Shown one piece after another: positions 41,712 through 52,047 of a stretch of 64,000 bases of DNA. Origin of the DNA: Mycobacteriales bacterium (GTDB lineage: Bacteria; Actinomycetota; Actinomycetes; Mycobacteriales; QHCA01); contig JBBRYN010000005.1 of the NCBI GenBank assembly GCA_038237645.1, positions 2,026 to 66,025 on the forward strand, given 5' to 3'. Every line of letters starts with the position of its first letter. Within the stretch, counting starts at the first letter, position 1. Under the pieces are notes generated by a model, which made no database searches, had not been told where the DNA came from, and worked only from the letters and a program-made list of their open reading frames with translations. The position numbers and the translations under genes were made by a program.

Positions 41712-44699
41712 TCAGGGCGCGGCCACGCCGTAGACCTCCAGCTCCCGGCTGTCGACGAAGCTGCACCCGGAGAACGGGCCGGGGCAGGTGCCTACCTGCA
41801 GCGCCTGGCTGTCCTGCATGGTGTAGCGCAGGTATTGCACTCCCGCCGTGGACCCGGCGGCCAGGGACGGCAGGCTGAAGTGGCCACGATCAGCCGGCGT
41901 GAACGTCCCGCCGGCCGCCGGTGTCCACGTCGTGCCGTCGGTCGACGTCTCGAGGGTGTAAGGGCCGGTCGAGGCACTGCCTCCGTCGCCGCAGGTGTTG
42001 CTCGGGTCGATGGCGACCTGGGCGATGTTGACCGCGACCGGCAGCTTGACGACCAGGAACTTGGCCGTCACGGTGGAGCCGGTCAGGATCCGGTCGGTGC
42101 TCCAGCCCTGACCCTGCGACTGGTCGATCATCCGATCCGCGCCGCAGCCGGCGCCGGCGTACTCGTCGCCGTTGGTGTCCGTCACCGAGGCACCGCCGGC
42201 GAGGGCGGCCCAGTCGCGGCGCAAATTCCAGTCCAGGGTGTTGACCCGGCTGGCGATAGAGACGGTCTGCACCTGGCGGTCGAAGCCGGCGCCACCGGCC
42301 GACACCTTGGGATAGGTGCCGGGCAGGATGTCGTCGATCGTGTACTTCCCGGCCGCGTCAGTCGTCGCCGTGTAGGCATTGAGGCCGGAGGCGTGCCCGC
42401 CGAAGACCACCACTGCCTGGGAGATCCCCGCATGTGAGCTGTCGTCGACGACTGTCCCGGTCAGCGAACCCCGCGGTGTGCCGGGTGCGGGGGGCAGGCT
42501 GAAGTCCTCCACGGGTGCGGTGTCGTCACCATCGACGGCGGCGGCGAAGAAGCCCATGCCGCGGTGCGCGAATACCCTCCACAGCTTGGTCCGGGCAGCC
42601 CCACCGTTGACGGCCGCGTCGGCCTGCACGATGGCGTTGCGCATGTCGAGGAAGGACGGGTTGGCCACGGACAGCTCCATCGCCCGGGTCACCAGTGACT
42701 CCGCGAGCTTGGAACCCAGGGCGGCGCGCAGGTCCCACAGCGTCTCGCCCCAGATCTCGCCGTCGGCGTGCACCTCGGGCTGGCCGATCACCTGGCCGAA
42801 GTCGCCGTAGGTGTAGCCACCCGGCCCTGCCGCTGCCGATCCCGGGCACCTGGCCGACGTGGTGCCCACCGGGCAGTCGAGCGGCTGGGTGCGCAACAGG
42901 TCGGCGCCGTGGGCGACATAGTCACCCACCCGGACCTCGCCCGGAGCGGCCGTGTCGGTCTGGAAGCCTGAATTCGTCAGGAAGTCCATCGCATACCAGT
43001 CACTCCACGCCTCACCCATCGATCCCGCCTGCACGTTGCCCAGGGTGGACACACCGCTCGCGTCGACGACGAGGCGGTTGGACAGGCCGTGGGTGTATTC
43101 GTGGTAGACGATGCTGGCGTCGTCGCCGCCGTTGGCCTGCAGGAACGGATCGGCGGAGTTGGCGGGGCTGTGGAACAGGTACATCTGCATCGTGGGCGGG
43201 GTGCCGTCCGGCGGGGTCGACATGTTGGCGTTGTCGACGTGACTGCTGTCCGGCAACCCGCCGGCGGTGTCGGCACCGTCGTCGGGCTGGGTGTCGACGG
43301 CGTCACCGTCGACCGCCTCGAAGTTGCCGGACACCCGGGTGAAACCGATGGGGGCAGCCTTGAGGTGATCGTGGAACTTGCTCACGTAGTAGAAGACCTG
43401 CACCGCGTTCTGCCGGCGGTCGGCCGTCCAGGAGTTCGCGACGGATGGGTTCCACGAGCACTGGTACCGCGCCGAGCAGAAGGGGCCACCGACGCTGCTG
43501 TTGACGTTGACGAAGGGGAACCTGAAGCTGTCGGGGCCGGGCGGGACCTCTTCGGCTGCCTGCGCCACGTTGTCGTCGTTGACGTCGGAGAAGACGTGCG
43601 CTGTGTTGCCGGCCAGCCGCGGCGAGTCGGCCGGCAGCCACCCTGAGGCGGTGAGGTTCACAACCTTGGCCGTGCCGCCCTTCGGGGCGCCGGGGTAGTT
43701 TTCCCACACCGAGCCCGTCGCCGGTCCAGCGGCAGGCTTTGCGGCCGGCTCGGGGGCGGCGTCCGCGACGAGACGGTGGCGATAGAGCACCCGCCCGGTC
43801 GTGGCGTCGACGACATGCAGCACCAGTTGGCCGCCGGCCGGGGTGGTGAGCGTCTGCCACGCCACGCGAGGACCGGCCACCGACTGGAAGACCACCAGGC
43901 CGGCCCGGTCGCCGTTGCCGAACCGGGTCGAGCGGGCTGCCCCGGTGGCCGGTGATGACTTGGCCGCGACAGGCCGGCCGAAGACGTCGCCGGCGGCGGC
44001 GGTCCGGGCGGCAACGGCGTCAAGCTTGGTGGCAGTGCTCGCAGTGTGAAGACCGCTTAACGGCGAGCCCTGCACGTTGACGAGTCGGCCGTCCTTGGTC
44101 ACCGCGGCCTTCAGCCCGTTGCCGAACACGGGCACGTTGCCGGCGTACTGCACCCAGCTCAGGTGATGAACGCCGGCCACGTCGACGTAGTCCCTGCGCA
44201 GCCGCAGGGTGGCCAGGTCGGCGGAGTTGAGCCCGAACACGTCGGGGTTTCCGCGGATGTAGCCGGTGACTACAGCCGACGGCGCGGACCTGCTCGGCCC
44301 GGTGAGGAAACCGTCCAGCCGGGAAACCGTCCGTGGGGTGGCGGTGAGGGGGTCGATCGCGATGACGCCCTGGACACCCAGGGCGGTGCGCAGGGCCTTG
44401 AGACCTGGCCGTGCCGCTGCCGCCTGCTGCGCCGCCCGCACCCGCAAGACCTGCCGGCTCGAGGCGTCCGCGCGGGAGTCGTAGAAGGGGGCCTTATCGC
44501 CAGTCGCCTGGCCACCGGTTGCGTGGGTGCCTGCCGGGGCAGGGCCGGCATTCGCGCCCTGCGGCCGGACCGCCGCAGCCGAGCCGGTGGCCGGCATGGC
44601 AAGCGCGATCACGGCGCCGCCGGCGAGGGCGATGACGGCCGTGCGTCGGGACGTGAGCAACCTCCGACGGTGTCGCAACGTCGAGCGGTCGATGACCAT
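41712..44699 (-). CDS. secreted M36 (fungalysin-type) metalloprotease with CarboxypepD_reg-like and F5/8 type C (discoidin) C-terminal domains
   Basis: Signal peptide. IVYHEYTHGLSNRLV...GSMGEAWSDWYAMDF are the M36 HExxH and downstream Glu motifs. TGTVVDDSS...TTDAAGKYTIDDILPGTY marks the regulatory-like domain. The C-terminus ...YLRYTMQDSQ...SRELEVYG is discoidin-like. Confidence 0.85.
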   Translation of the reverse strand: MVIDRSTLRHRRRLLTSRRTAVIALAGGAVIALAMPATGSAAAVRPQGANAGPAPAGTHATGGQATGDKAPFYDSRADASSRQVLRVRAAQQAAAARPGLKALRTALGVQGVIAIDPLTATPRTVSRLDGFLTGPSRSAPSAVVTGYIRGNPDVFGLNSADLATLRLRRDYVDVAGVHHLSWVQYAGNVPVFGNGLKAAVTKDGRLVNVQGSPLSGLHTASTATKLDAVAARTAAAGDVFGRPVAAKSSPATGAARSTRFGNGDRAGLVVFQSVAGPRVAWQTLTTPAGGQLVLHVVDATTGRVLYRHRLVADAAPEPAAKPAAGPATGSVWENYPGAPKGGTAKVVNLTASGWLPADSPRLAGNTAHVFSDVNDDNVAQAAEEVPPGPDSFRFPFVNVNSSVGGPFCSARYQCSWNPSVANSWTADRRQNAVQVFYYVSKFHDHLKAAPIGFTRVSGNFEAVDGDAVDTQPDDGADTAGGLPDSSHVDNANMSTPPDGTPPTMQMYLFHSPANSADPFLQANGGDDASIVYHEYTHGLSNRLVVDASGVSTLGNVQAGSMGEAWSDWYAMDFLTNSGFQTDTAAPGEVRVGDYVAHGADLLRTQPLDCPVGTTSARCPGSAAAGPGGYTYGDFGQVIGQPEVHADGEIWGETLWDLRAALGSKLAESLVTRAMELSVANPSFLDMRNAIVQADAAVNGGAARTKLWRVFAHRGMGFFAAAVDGDDTAPVEDFSLPPAPGTPRGSLTGTVVDDSSHAGISQAVVVFGGHASGLNAYTATTDAAGKYTIDDILPGTYPKVSAGGAGFDRQVQTVSIASRVNTLDWNLRRDWAALAGGASVTDTNGDEYAGAGCGADRMIDQSQGQGWSTDRILTGSTVTAKFLVVKLPVAVNIAQVAIDPSNTCGDGGSASTGPYTLETSTDGTTWTPAAGGTFTPADRGHFSLPSLAAGSTAGVQYLRYTMQDSQALQVGTCPGPFSGCSFVDSRELEVYGVAAP

Positions 44700-44824
44700 G
44701 CGTTACCTCTCGTGCACCGATAAGCGTCTATCCCGGTGGAAACCTTGGGGCAGTCTGTCGAGGTGGCCGTGGATAAGCAAGCGACGCTGCGCGGGCGCGC
44801 GACCCCCAGTGTCACCACCCGGCG

Positions 44825-47335
44825 TCACCGCCCGGCGACGTCGCAAGCGGCGCCGCGCAGCGCCCGGACAAGATCTGCCCGCCGCTCGAGCAGGTTGCGG
44901 CGCAGTCCCGGCGCCAGGTCTGTCAGGGCGAGCAGCCGGTCGCAGCTCGCGACGGTCGACTGCTCGACGAGCAGGGTGGGGAACAGCAGGTGGGACAGCG
45001 CGCGGGCGGTCTGCGCCGTTCGCTCCCGCCACACCCGTGGCAGCTCCGCGAAGTAGCGGTCCGCGTACGGTCGCCCGACGACCAGCTGCTCACGGTGCCA
45101 GAAGCCGCTCGCCGTGGCGTACAGCAGGTGGTTGGACAGCCGGTCGGAGTCGAGCAGCGCAGCCCAGGCTGCGGCCTTGGCCGCCGCGGAGGGCAGGCTC
45201 GCGCGGGCGGCGGCGGCCCGCTCGGCCCCGGCCGATGTCGCGTCGCGATCGTTCTCGGCGGCGATCCCGCCCGCGCCGACCACTCCCAGCACGGCCAGCC
45301 GGGAGACGATCGGCCAGCGCAGATCCGCGTCCACCGTGAGCCCGGAGGGGATTCCCGTACCAGCCAGCCACCCACGTACTGCTGCCACGTCGCCGGCATC
45401 GGACACCGAGCCGGCATAAGCCCGCGCGAAGGCCAACTGCAGATCGCCTCCCGGCTCGGCCGCGGCCATGAGGTCGCGGCAGCGGCGGGCCAGGGCAAGC
45501 AGCCGATCGTCGCGACGGGCCGGGTCGCCGAAGAGGTCGATCACCTGCCGCGCCTGGCCGAGAACCCCTTTCACAAGCGTGACGTCGGACTCCACCCCGA
45601 CGCCGTCGACGACCAGCCGCAGGTAGTCACCGGGTGCCAGCTCGGCGTCCCGGGTCATGTCCCAGGCTGCGGTCCAGAGCAGGGCGCGGGGCAGCGAGTC
45701 GTCGAGGCGGGTGATCGCGCCGTCGAGCAGCGCGCGCCTGGAGGCCTCGTCGAGGCGCACCTTGGCCCAGGTGAGGTCGTCGTGGTTGACCAGTAGGAGT
45801 TCGGCTGCGGGAGCACCCCGCAGGCTGGGCACGTCGGTCCGCGAGCCCGTCACGTCCAGCTCGATGCGGTCGCGTAGCACCAGCCTGTTCCCTTCCCGGT
45901 CGTAAAGCCCGACCGCCACCCGGTGCGAGCGCAGCGCCGGGTGCTCCGCGGGAGCGCTCTGCTCGACGGCGACGTCGGCGTAGCGGCCGTCCTGGTCGAG
46001 GGTGACAGCGCCTCGCAGGGTGTTGACGCCGGCGGTCTGCAGCCACTGCGCCGACCAATCGGCCAGGTCGCGGCCGCTGGTCCGCTGCAGGGCAGCCAGC
46101 AGGTCGGTCAGACTGCAGTTGCCGTGCGCGTGCTCGGCGAAGTACGCCCTGACGCCGGCGACGAAGGCGTCGAAGCCCACCCAGGCGACCAGTTGCTTGA
46201 GCACCGAGGCACCCTTGGCGTAGGAGATCCCGTCGAAGTTCAGCAACGCCGAGTCGGTGTCGAGGACCACCATCGACACCGGGTGGGTGGTGGGCTGCTG
46301 GTCGGCGAGGTAGCCGGGCGGTTTCTCCCGGCCCGCGAACTCCGTCCAGGCACTCGCGAAGCGGGTGGCCTCGGCCAGCGTGAGGTAGCCCATGTAGGTG
46401 GCGAAGGACTCGTTGAGCCAGATGTCGTCCCACCACCGCAGGGTCACCAGGTCGCCGAACCACATGTGCGCCATCTCGTGCGCCAGCACCATTGCCCGCT
46501 CCGAGCGCGCGGCGTCCGGCACCTTGGAGCGGAACAGGTACTCGTCCCGGAAGGCGACACAGCCCGCGTTCTCCATCGCTCCGGCGTTGAACTCCGGCAC
46601 GAACACCTGGTCATAGGTCGGGCCGAAGGCATAAGGGACGGCGAACGTACGGTGGTAGTAGTCGAAGCACTGCCGGGTCACCTCGAACAGTTCGTCGGCA
46701 TCCAGGTGCTCCACCAGGGAACGTCGACAGTGCAGCCCGAGCTTGATGTCACCGTGCCGGGCGGTCTCGGAGTGATACGGCCCGGCCACGACGGCCATGA
46801 AGTAGGTGGCCAGCGGCTGGGTCGTGGAGAACTCCCAGCGTCCGGCTGCCGTCTGCCGGCCGGCGCCGTTGGACAGCACGGTCCAGCCGTCCGGCGCAGT
46901 CACCCGGAGGGTGAGCGGCGCCTTGAGGTCCGGCTGGTCGAAGCAGGCGAAGACCCGCTGCGCGTCGTAGAGGAACGTCTGGCTGTAGGTGTAGACCTCG
47001 CCGTCGACCGGGTCGGTGAACCGGTGCAGCCCCTCGCCCAGGTGGGAGTAGGCACAGTCGGCCTGCACGGTCAGCGTGTTGTCAGCCGCGAGGCCGGTCA
47101 GGCGGATCCGTGAAGCTTCTGTCGTCACCGTACAGCCGTTGAGGGTTGCCGAGTGCACCGACGGCGCGATGAGCTCGGCGAAAGTGCCGGCACCGGGCAC
47201 CGCGCAGGTGAACTGCACCTCCGATCGGGAACCGAACACCTCCGGGCCGCAGGTCAGGTCGAGGTCGACGGCATAGGACCGTACGCTGAGCAGCCGCTGG
47301 CGCTCCATCGCCTCCGACCGAGTCAGGCTGGTCAC
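44825..47335 (-). CDS. pepN: aminopeptidase N
   Basis: GAMENAG and [32 protein letters not shown] (HExxH-18-E). The GTG at 47335 overlaps the proA stop (GTGA). Confidence 0.94.
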   Translation of the reverse strand: MTSLTRSEAMERQRLLSVRSYAVDLDLTCGPEVFGSRSEVQFTCAVPGAGTFAELIAPSVHSATLNGCTVTTEASRIRLTGLAADNTLTVQADCAYSHLGEGLHRFTDPVDGEVYTYSQTFLYDAQRVFACFDQPDLKAPLTLRVTAPDGWTVLSNGAGRQTAAGRWEFSTTQPLATYFMAVVAGPYHSETARHGDIKLGLHCRRSLVEHLDADELFEVTRQCFDYYHRTFAVPYAFGPTYDQVFVPEFNAGAMENAGCVAFRDEYLFRSKVPDAARSERAMVLAHEMAHMWFGDLVTLRWWDDIWLNESFATYMGYLTLAEATRFASAWTEFAGREKPPGYLADQQPTTHPVSMVVLDTDSALLNFDGISYAKGASVLKQLVAWVGFDAFVAGVRAYFAEHAHGNCSLTDLLAALQRTSGRDLADWSAQWLQTAGVNTLRGAVTLDQDGRYADVAVEQSAPAEHPALRSHRVAVGLYDREGNRLVLRDRIELDVTGSRTDVPSLRGAPAAELLLVNHDDLTWAKVRLDEASRRALLDGAITRLDDSLPRALLWTAAWDMTRDAELAPGDYLRLVVDGVGVESDVTLVKGVLGQARQVIDLFGDPARRDDRLLALARRCRDLMAAAEPGGDLQLAFARAYAGSVSDAGDVAAVRGWLAGTGIPSGLTVDADLRWPIVSRLAVLGVVGAGGIAAENDRDATSAGAERAAAARASLPSAAAKAAAWAALLDSDRLSNHLLYATASGFWHREQLVVGRPYADRYFAELPRVWRERTAQTARALSHLLFPTLLVEQSTVASCDRLLALTDLAPGLRRNLLERRADLVRALRGAACDVAGR

Positions 47336-48591
47336 GCCCGCACCTGCCCCTCGCCCACGACCACCCACTTGGTGCTGGTCAGCGCCCGCAGGCCCATCGG
47401 ACCGCGGACGTGCAGCTTCTGGGTGGAGATCCCGATCTCGGCGCCGAAGCCGAACTCCCCGCCGTCGACGAACCGGGTGGACGCGTTGACCAGCACGGCG
47501 GCGCTGTCGACCAGGGCCACGAAGCGGCGCGCCGACGGCTGTGACGTCGTGACGATCGCCTCGCTGTGGCCGGTGCCCCAGCGCCGGATGTGCGCGATGG
47601 CTTCGTCGAGGGAGTCGACGACCCGCAAGGCCAGATCCAGGGAAAGGTATTCCCGGCCCCAGTCGTCGTCAGTTGCCGCGACGACCCGGCCGTCATAGCT
47701 GCCGACCTCGGCGTCGCCGTGCACCGTGACCCCCGCCTCGTGCAGCCCGGCCAGCATCTGCGGCAGGAAGTCCGGTGCCGCGTCGCGGTGCACGAGCAGC
47801 GTCTCCACCGCGTTGCACACGCTGGGCCGCTGCGTCTTGGCATTGAGCACGATCGCCTCCGCGGCGGCGAGGTCGGCCGTGGCGTCGACGTAGACGTGAC
47901 AGTTGCCGACCCCGGTCTCGATGACCGGCACCAGGGAGTTCGCCACGACGTGCGAGATGAGCCCGGCGCCGCCGCGCGGGATGATGACGTCCACCAGCCC
48001 CCGGGCCCGCATCAGGTGCGTGACCGAGTCCCGTTCAGTGCCCGGCACCTGCGCGACGGAGTCGGCGGGCAGACCGGCCTTGACCGCGGCCTCGGCGAGC
48101 AGGCCGACGAGCACGGTGTTGGTGTCGTGCGCCGAGGCCGACCCGCGCAGCAGCACCGCGTTGCCGCTCTTGAGGCTCAGGCCCGCGGCATCGACGGTGA
48201 CGTTCGGCCGGGCCTCATAGACCATCGCCACCACGCCGAGCGGCACCCGGACCTGACGCACCTCCAGGCCGTTCGGCAGGGTGTGGCCGAGGACCACCTC
48301 GCCGACCGGGTCGGGTAGCGCCGCGATGTCGCGCAGCCCTTGCGCCATCGCCGCGACTCGCGCCTCGTCGAGCGTCAGCCGATCGAGCAGCGCCGGGGAC
48401 ATGCCCTGCTCGCGGCCACGCTCGACGTCGCCCCGATTGGCGGCCAGGATCGCGGGAGTGTCGGTGTCCAGCGTGGCGGCCATCGCGTCCAGCGCAGCAT
48501 CCTTCGCCAGCCGGGGCAGCGGCGCGAGCCCGACGGCCGCCTGCCGCGCGCGGACCGCCGCTTCCCGAACGGTCTCCTCACTCATCCGCAC
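47332..48591 (-). CDS. proA: glutamate-5-semialdehyde dehydrogenase
   Basis: 419 aa. ...[28 protein letters not shown]...[11 protein letters not shown]...[33 protein letters not shown]. Confidence 0.95.
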   Translation of the reverse strand: MRMSEETVREAAVRARQAAVGLAPLPRLAKDAALDAMAATLDTDTPAILAANRGDVERGREQGMSPALLDRLTLDEARVAAMAQGLRDIAALPDPVGEVVLGHTLPNGLEVRQVRVPLGVVAMVYEARPNVTVDAAGLSLKSGNAVLLRGSASAHDTNTVLVGLLAEAAVKAGLPADSVAQVPGTERDSVTHLMRARGLVDVIIPRGGAGLISHVVANSLVPVIETGVGNCHVYVDATADLAAAEAIVLNAKTQRPSVCNAVETLLVHRDAAPDFLPQMLAGLHEAGVTVHGDAEVGSYDGRVVAATDDDWGREYLSLDLALRVVDSLDEAIAHIRRWGTGHSEAIVTTSQPSARRFVALVDSAAVLVNASTRFVDGGEFGFGAEIGISTQKLHVRGPMGLRALTSTKWVVVGEGQVRA

Positions 48592-48689
48592 ACCCCTTCA
48601 CCGACGTCAGCGGCCCACCCGAGGTCCGCCGGGAAATCGTCGCACGGCATGGACTCGGGGCCGTCGCATCGCACGAGAGGGCGCCCGGA

Positions 48690-49799
48690 TCACGGCAGCA
48701 GCACGAGGTCGTCGCGGTGGACCAGCTCACGCTGCTGGTCGGGCCCGAGTTCGCGGGTGGACCGGCCGAGCATGGCGGGCAGCTCACCGGCGTCGTACGA
48801 CACCAGCCCACGGGCTACCGCCAGCCCATCCGGCCCGACGAGCTCCACCGGATCGCCGGCGGCGAAATCACCCTCCACGCTCGTGACGCCGGCGGCGAGT
48901 AGCGAGGCCCGGCGCTGCACGACGGCGCGCAGGGCCCCGGCGTCGAGCACCAACCGGCCGTTCGGGGTGGACGCGTGCGCCAGCCACAACAGCCGGGAGG
49001 TTGTCCGGCGGCCGGTCGGCGCGAAGTACGTGCCGACCGGATCGCCGGCCAGCGCCTGACCTACGGCACCGGCCTGCGCGAGTACGACCGGGATCCCCGC
49101 CCGGGTGGCCACCCGGGCCGCGTCCACTTTGGAGGCCATGCCGCCGCTGCCGATTGCGGCAGCACCCGGCCGGCCCGGGCCGATGTCGGGGAGGTCGGAT
49201 TCGCCGCCGACCATCGCGATGAGCCGGGCATCCGGGCGGGCCGGGTCGGCGTCGTAGAGCCCGTCGACGTCGGAGAGCAGGACGAGGACGTCGGCGTGCA
49301 CCAGATGAGCGACCAGGGCGGCCAACCGGTCGTTGTCACCGAACCTGATCTCCTCGGTGGCCACCGCGTCGTTCTCGTTCACCACGGGCACCACCCGCAA
49401 CTGCAGCAGTCGTTCGAGAGCGCGGCGGGCATTGCGGTAATGCGCCCGGCGTACGACGTCCTCGGCGGTCAGGAGCACCTGCGCGACCGTGGTGCCGTAC
49501 CTCGCAAAGCTGGCGGCGTAGGCCTCCACCAGCCGGCTCTGCCCGACGCTGGCCGCAGCCTGCAACGTTGCCAGGTCACGTGGCCGGCGGGCGATGCCGA
49601 GCGGCGCCAGCCCGGCCGCGATGGCCCCGGAGGAGACGACCACCACGTCGCAGCCGTTGCCGTGCCGGCCGGCCACGCCGTCGACCAGCGAGTCGACCCG
49701 GGTCGGCTCCAGCCCGCCGCTGGCGCTGGCCAACGACGACGAGCCGACCTTCACCACCACACGACGGGCCTGTGCGATGTCGGGACGGTGCACCGTCAC
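48690..49799 (-). CDS. proB: glutamate 5-kinase
   Basis: [11 protein letters not shown]...[11 protein letters not shown]...[10 protein letters not shown]...FGDNDRLAA, plus a PUA domain at the C-terminus. The GTG at 49799 overlaps the obg stop (GTGA). Confidence 0.94.
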   Translation of the reverse strand: MTVHRPDIAQARRVVVKVGSSSLASASGGLEPTRVDSLVDGVAGRHGNGCDVVVVSSGAIAAGLAPLGIARRPRDLATLQAAASVGQSRLVEAYAASFARYGTTVAQVLLTAEDVVRRAHYRNARRALERLLQLRVVPVVNENDAVATEEIRFGDNDRLAALVAHLVHADVLVLLSDVDGLYDADPARPDARLIAMVGGESDLPDIGPGRPGAAAIGSGGMASKVDAARVATRAGIPVVLAQAGAVGQALAGDPVGTYFAPTGRRTTSRLLWLAHASTPNGRLVLDAGALRAVVQRRASLLAAGVTSVEGDFAAGDPVELVGPDGLAVARGLVSYDAGELPAMLGRSTRELGPDQQRELVHRDDLVLLP

Positions 49800-51211
49800 T
49801 CGTCGTGGCGGCGGCGCGCCCGCTTGGCTTCCCGCCGGGCGTCGGCGCGCACCCGACTGTCGTCGTTGAGTCGGACGTCGGTGCCGCGCAGGGTGGGCGT
49901 GAGCTGCACGTCGCCGGCAGGCGTCATCGGCTCCCAGTCGAAGCACACGTCGCCGACGGTGACGGTGGCCCCGGGCCGGGCACCAGCCTCGACGAGCGAC
50001 TTCTCCACCCCGAGGCGGGCCAGCCGGTCACCGAGATAGCCGATCGCCTCGTCGTTGCCGAAGTCTGTCTGCCGGACCCAGCGTGCCGGCTTCGTACCGT
50101 GCACGAGAAAGGCCCCGTCCTCGGCCGGGTCGGGTTCGACCGCGAAGTCCGGCTCGTCGACGGCCCGGGGACGCAGGACGATGCGGGTGGCGCCGGGCGC
50201 CGGCAGGGTGGCCCGATGAGCGGCTACCGCGGTGGCCAGGGCGAACGACAACTCGCGCAGGCCCTCGCCGGTGGCCGCGCTGATCAGATGCACCGGCAGG
50301 CCACGCTGTTCGAACTCCGGGCGGACCATCTCGGCAAGGTCGCGTCCCTGCGGCACGTCGACCTTGTTGAGCGTCACCAGGCGCGGCCTGCCGCCCAGGC
50401 CGCCGTACTCCGCAAGCTCGTGCTCCAGGGCGTCGACGTCGGAGAGAGGATCGCGGCCGGGTTCGTCGGTGGCCGTGTCCACGACGTGGACCAGCACCGC
50501 GCAGCGCTCGATGTGCCGGAGGAACTCCAGGCCCAGCCCGCGGCCTTCGGCCGCGCCCGGGATGAGGCCGGGTACGTCGGCAACGGTGAAGACCGTCTCA
50601 CCGGCGCTGACCACCCCGAGGTTGGGCACGAGCGTCGTGAACGGGTAGTCGGCGATCTTGGGCCGGGCGGCCGATAGTACGGAGATCAGCGAGGACTTGC
50701 CCGCGCTGGGGAAGCCGACCAGGCCCACGTCGGCGACGCTCTTCAACTCCAGGGTGACATCGGCCCGCTCGCCGGGCTCGCCGAGCAGGGCAAAGCCGGG
50801 AGCCTTGCGGCGTGCGGAGGCCAGCGCGGCGTTGCCGAGGCCGCCGCGACCGCCATGTGCGGCGGCATAGCGCGTGCCGGCGCCGACGAGATCGGCCAGC
50901 ACCTCACCGCCGGCGCTCAGCACTACCGTGCCGTCGGGCACGGCCAGATGCAGATGCTCACCGGCCGCACCGTTGCGGTGGCCGCCCTGCCCCTGCCGGC
51001 CGTTGGCTGCCCGCTGGTGCGGGTGATGGTGGAAGTCCAGCAGGGTATGCGCGCTCGGCTCCACCACCAGGGCGACGTCGCCGCCGTTGCCGCCATTGCC
51101 GCCGTCCGGACCGCCGAGCGGCCTGAACTTCTCCCGATGCACCGACGAGCACCCGTGGCCGCCGTCGCCCGCAGCAAGGTGCAACACCACGCGGTCGATG
51201 AAGCTGGCCAT
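49796..51211 (-). CDS. obg: GTPase Obg/CgtA
   Basis: [46 protein letters not shown]...[12 protein letters not shown]...DVPGLIPGA...NKVD. Confidence 0.96.
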   Translation of the reverse strand: MASFIDRVVLHLAAGDGGHGCSSVHREKFRPLGGPDGGNGGNGGDVALVVEPSAHTLLDFHHHPHQRAANGRQGQGGHRNGAAGEHLHLAVPDGTVVLSAGGEVLADLVGAGTRYAAAHGGRGGLGNAALASARRKAPGFALLGEPGERADVTLELKSVADVGLVGFPSAGKSSLISVLSAARPKIADYPFTTLVPNLGVVSAGETVFTVADVPGLIPGAAEGRGLGLEFLRHIERCAVLVHVVDTATDEPGRDPLSDVDALEHELAEYGGLGGRPRLVTLNKVDVPQGRDLAEMVRPEFEQRGLPVHLISAATGEGLRELSFALATAVAAHRATLPAPGATRIVLRPRAVDEPDFAVEPDPAEDGAFLVHGTKPARWVRQTDFGNDEAIGYLGDRLARLGVEKSLVEAGARPGATVTVGDVCFDWEPMTPAGDVQLTPTLRGTDVRLNDDSRVRADARREAKRARRRHDE

Positions 51212-51295
51212 GCTGGGACCTCTCTACGCGGTGCGGACGGAGGGCGAGCCGCAAGCCCCGGGCCCGCCCCGCTCGGCCGCTCGGCGGCGCTCCGG

Positions 51296-51553
51296 CTAGG
51301 ACCCCACCGGCACGACGCTCACGATCCTGCGGTTTCGCCGCGTCGAGAACAGCACGGCGCCGGCGTCGAGCGCGAACAGGGTGTCGTCCTTGCCCCGGCC
51401 GACGGCGGGCCCGGGGTGGAAATGCGTGCCGCGCTGGCGGACGAGGATCTCGCCCGCATTGACGACCTGTCCGCCGTAGCGCTTGACGCCGAGGAACTGG
51501 GCGTTGGAGTCGCGGCCGTTGCGCGAGGAGGATGCGCCCTTCTTGTGTGCCAT
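51296..51553 (-). CDS. rpmA: 50S ribosomal protein L27
   Basis: [46 protein letters not shown]. Confidence 0.97.
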   Translation of the reverse strand: MAHKKGASSSRNGRDSNAQFLGVKRYGGQVVNAGEILVRQRGTHFHPGPAVGRGKDDTLFALDAGAVLFSTRRNRRIVSVVPVGS

Positions 51554-51563
51554 GTCGCTGCGC

Positions 51564-51878
51564 CTACTTCCCGCTGGTGATGCCGGTGACCCTCACCTGG
51601 GTGTGCTTCTGGCGATGCCCCTGGCGCTTGCGGTATCCGGTCTTGTTCTTGTATTTGAGGATGGAGAGCTTTACGCCCTTGGTATGGGCGACGACCTCGA
51701 CGTCGACGATGACCTCGGCCAACTTCGCGGCGTCACTGGTGACCGTCCAACCGTCGACGAGGAGCAGGGCCGGCAGGGTCAGCGCAGCGCCTGGCGCGCC
51801 GTCGAGCTTCTCGGTCTCGATGACGTCGCCCTCGGCGACCCGGTACTGCTTGCCGCCGGACTTGACAATGGCGTACAC
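51564..51878 (-). CDS. rplU: 50S ribosomal protein L21
   Basis: (V)[19 protein letters not shown]...[19 protein letters not shown] 51878 gives the canonical MYAIV start; the longer track ORF is an upstream extension. Confidence 0.95.
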   Translation of the reverse strand: MYAIVKSGGKQYRVAEGDVIETEKLDGAPGAALTLPALLLVDGWTVTSDAAKLAEVIVDVEVVAHTKGVKLSILKYKNKTGYRKRQGHRQKHTQVRVTGITSGK

Positions 51879-51989
51879 GACTTGCTGGCTCCTCGACTCG
51901 TGATGATCGCCCACATGACGGCAACCGGGGCACGGCTGTGGCGGGGCCCGGAAGGCACGCGGAACAACCCGCCATGGCGGGCGCGCTCC

Positions 51990-52019
51990 AGGGTACGGCG
52001 AGCGCGCGGGCCCGGTCAA
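51990..52019 (-). promoter_or_regulatory. candidate sigma-A promoter of rplU-rpmA
   Basis: On the minus strand: TTGACC (52019-52014), an 18-nt spacer, then TACCCT (51995-51990), about 110 nt upstream of the rplU start. The -10 hexamer is the same as in the rpsT candidate. By eye only. Confidence 0.35.
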
Positions 52020-52047
52020 CCGAGCGGGTGCGCTCCCCTACCGCGGC

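Noticed and set aside
51879-52047. Possible L21-leader-like attenuator (CCCGCC-AT-GGCGGG followed by TTGTTCC) in the rplU 5' region
   Set aside because: The hairpin is short, has an almost absent loop and has a poor U-tract. I cannot match it to the known Firmicute L21 leader. Only the promoter candidate is reported.
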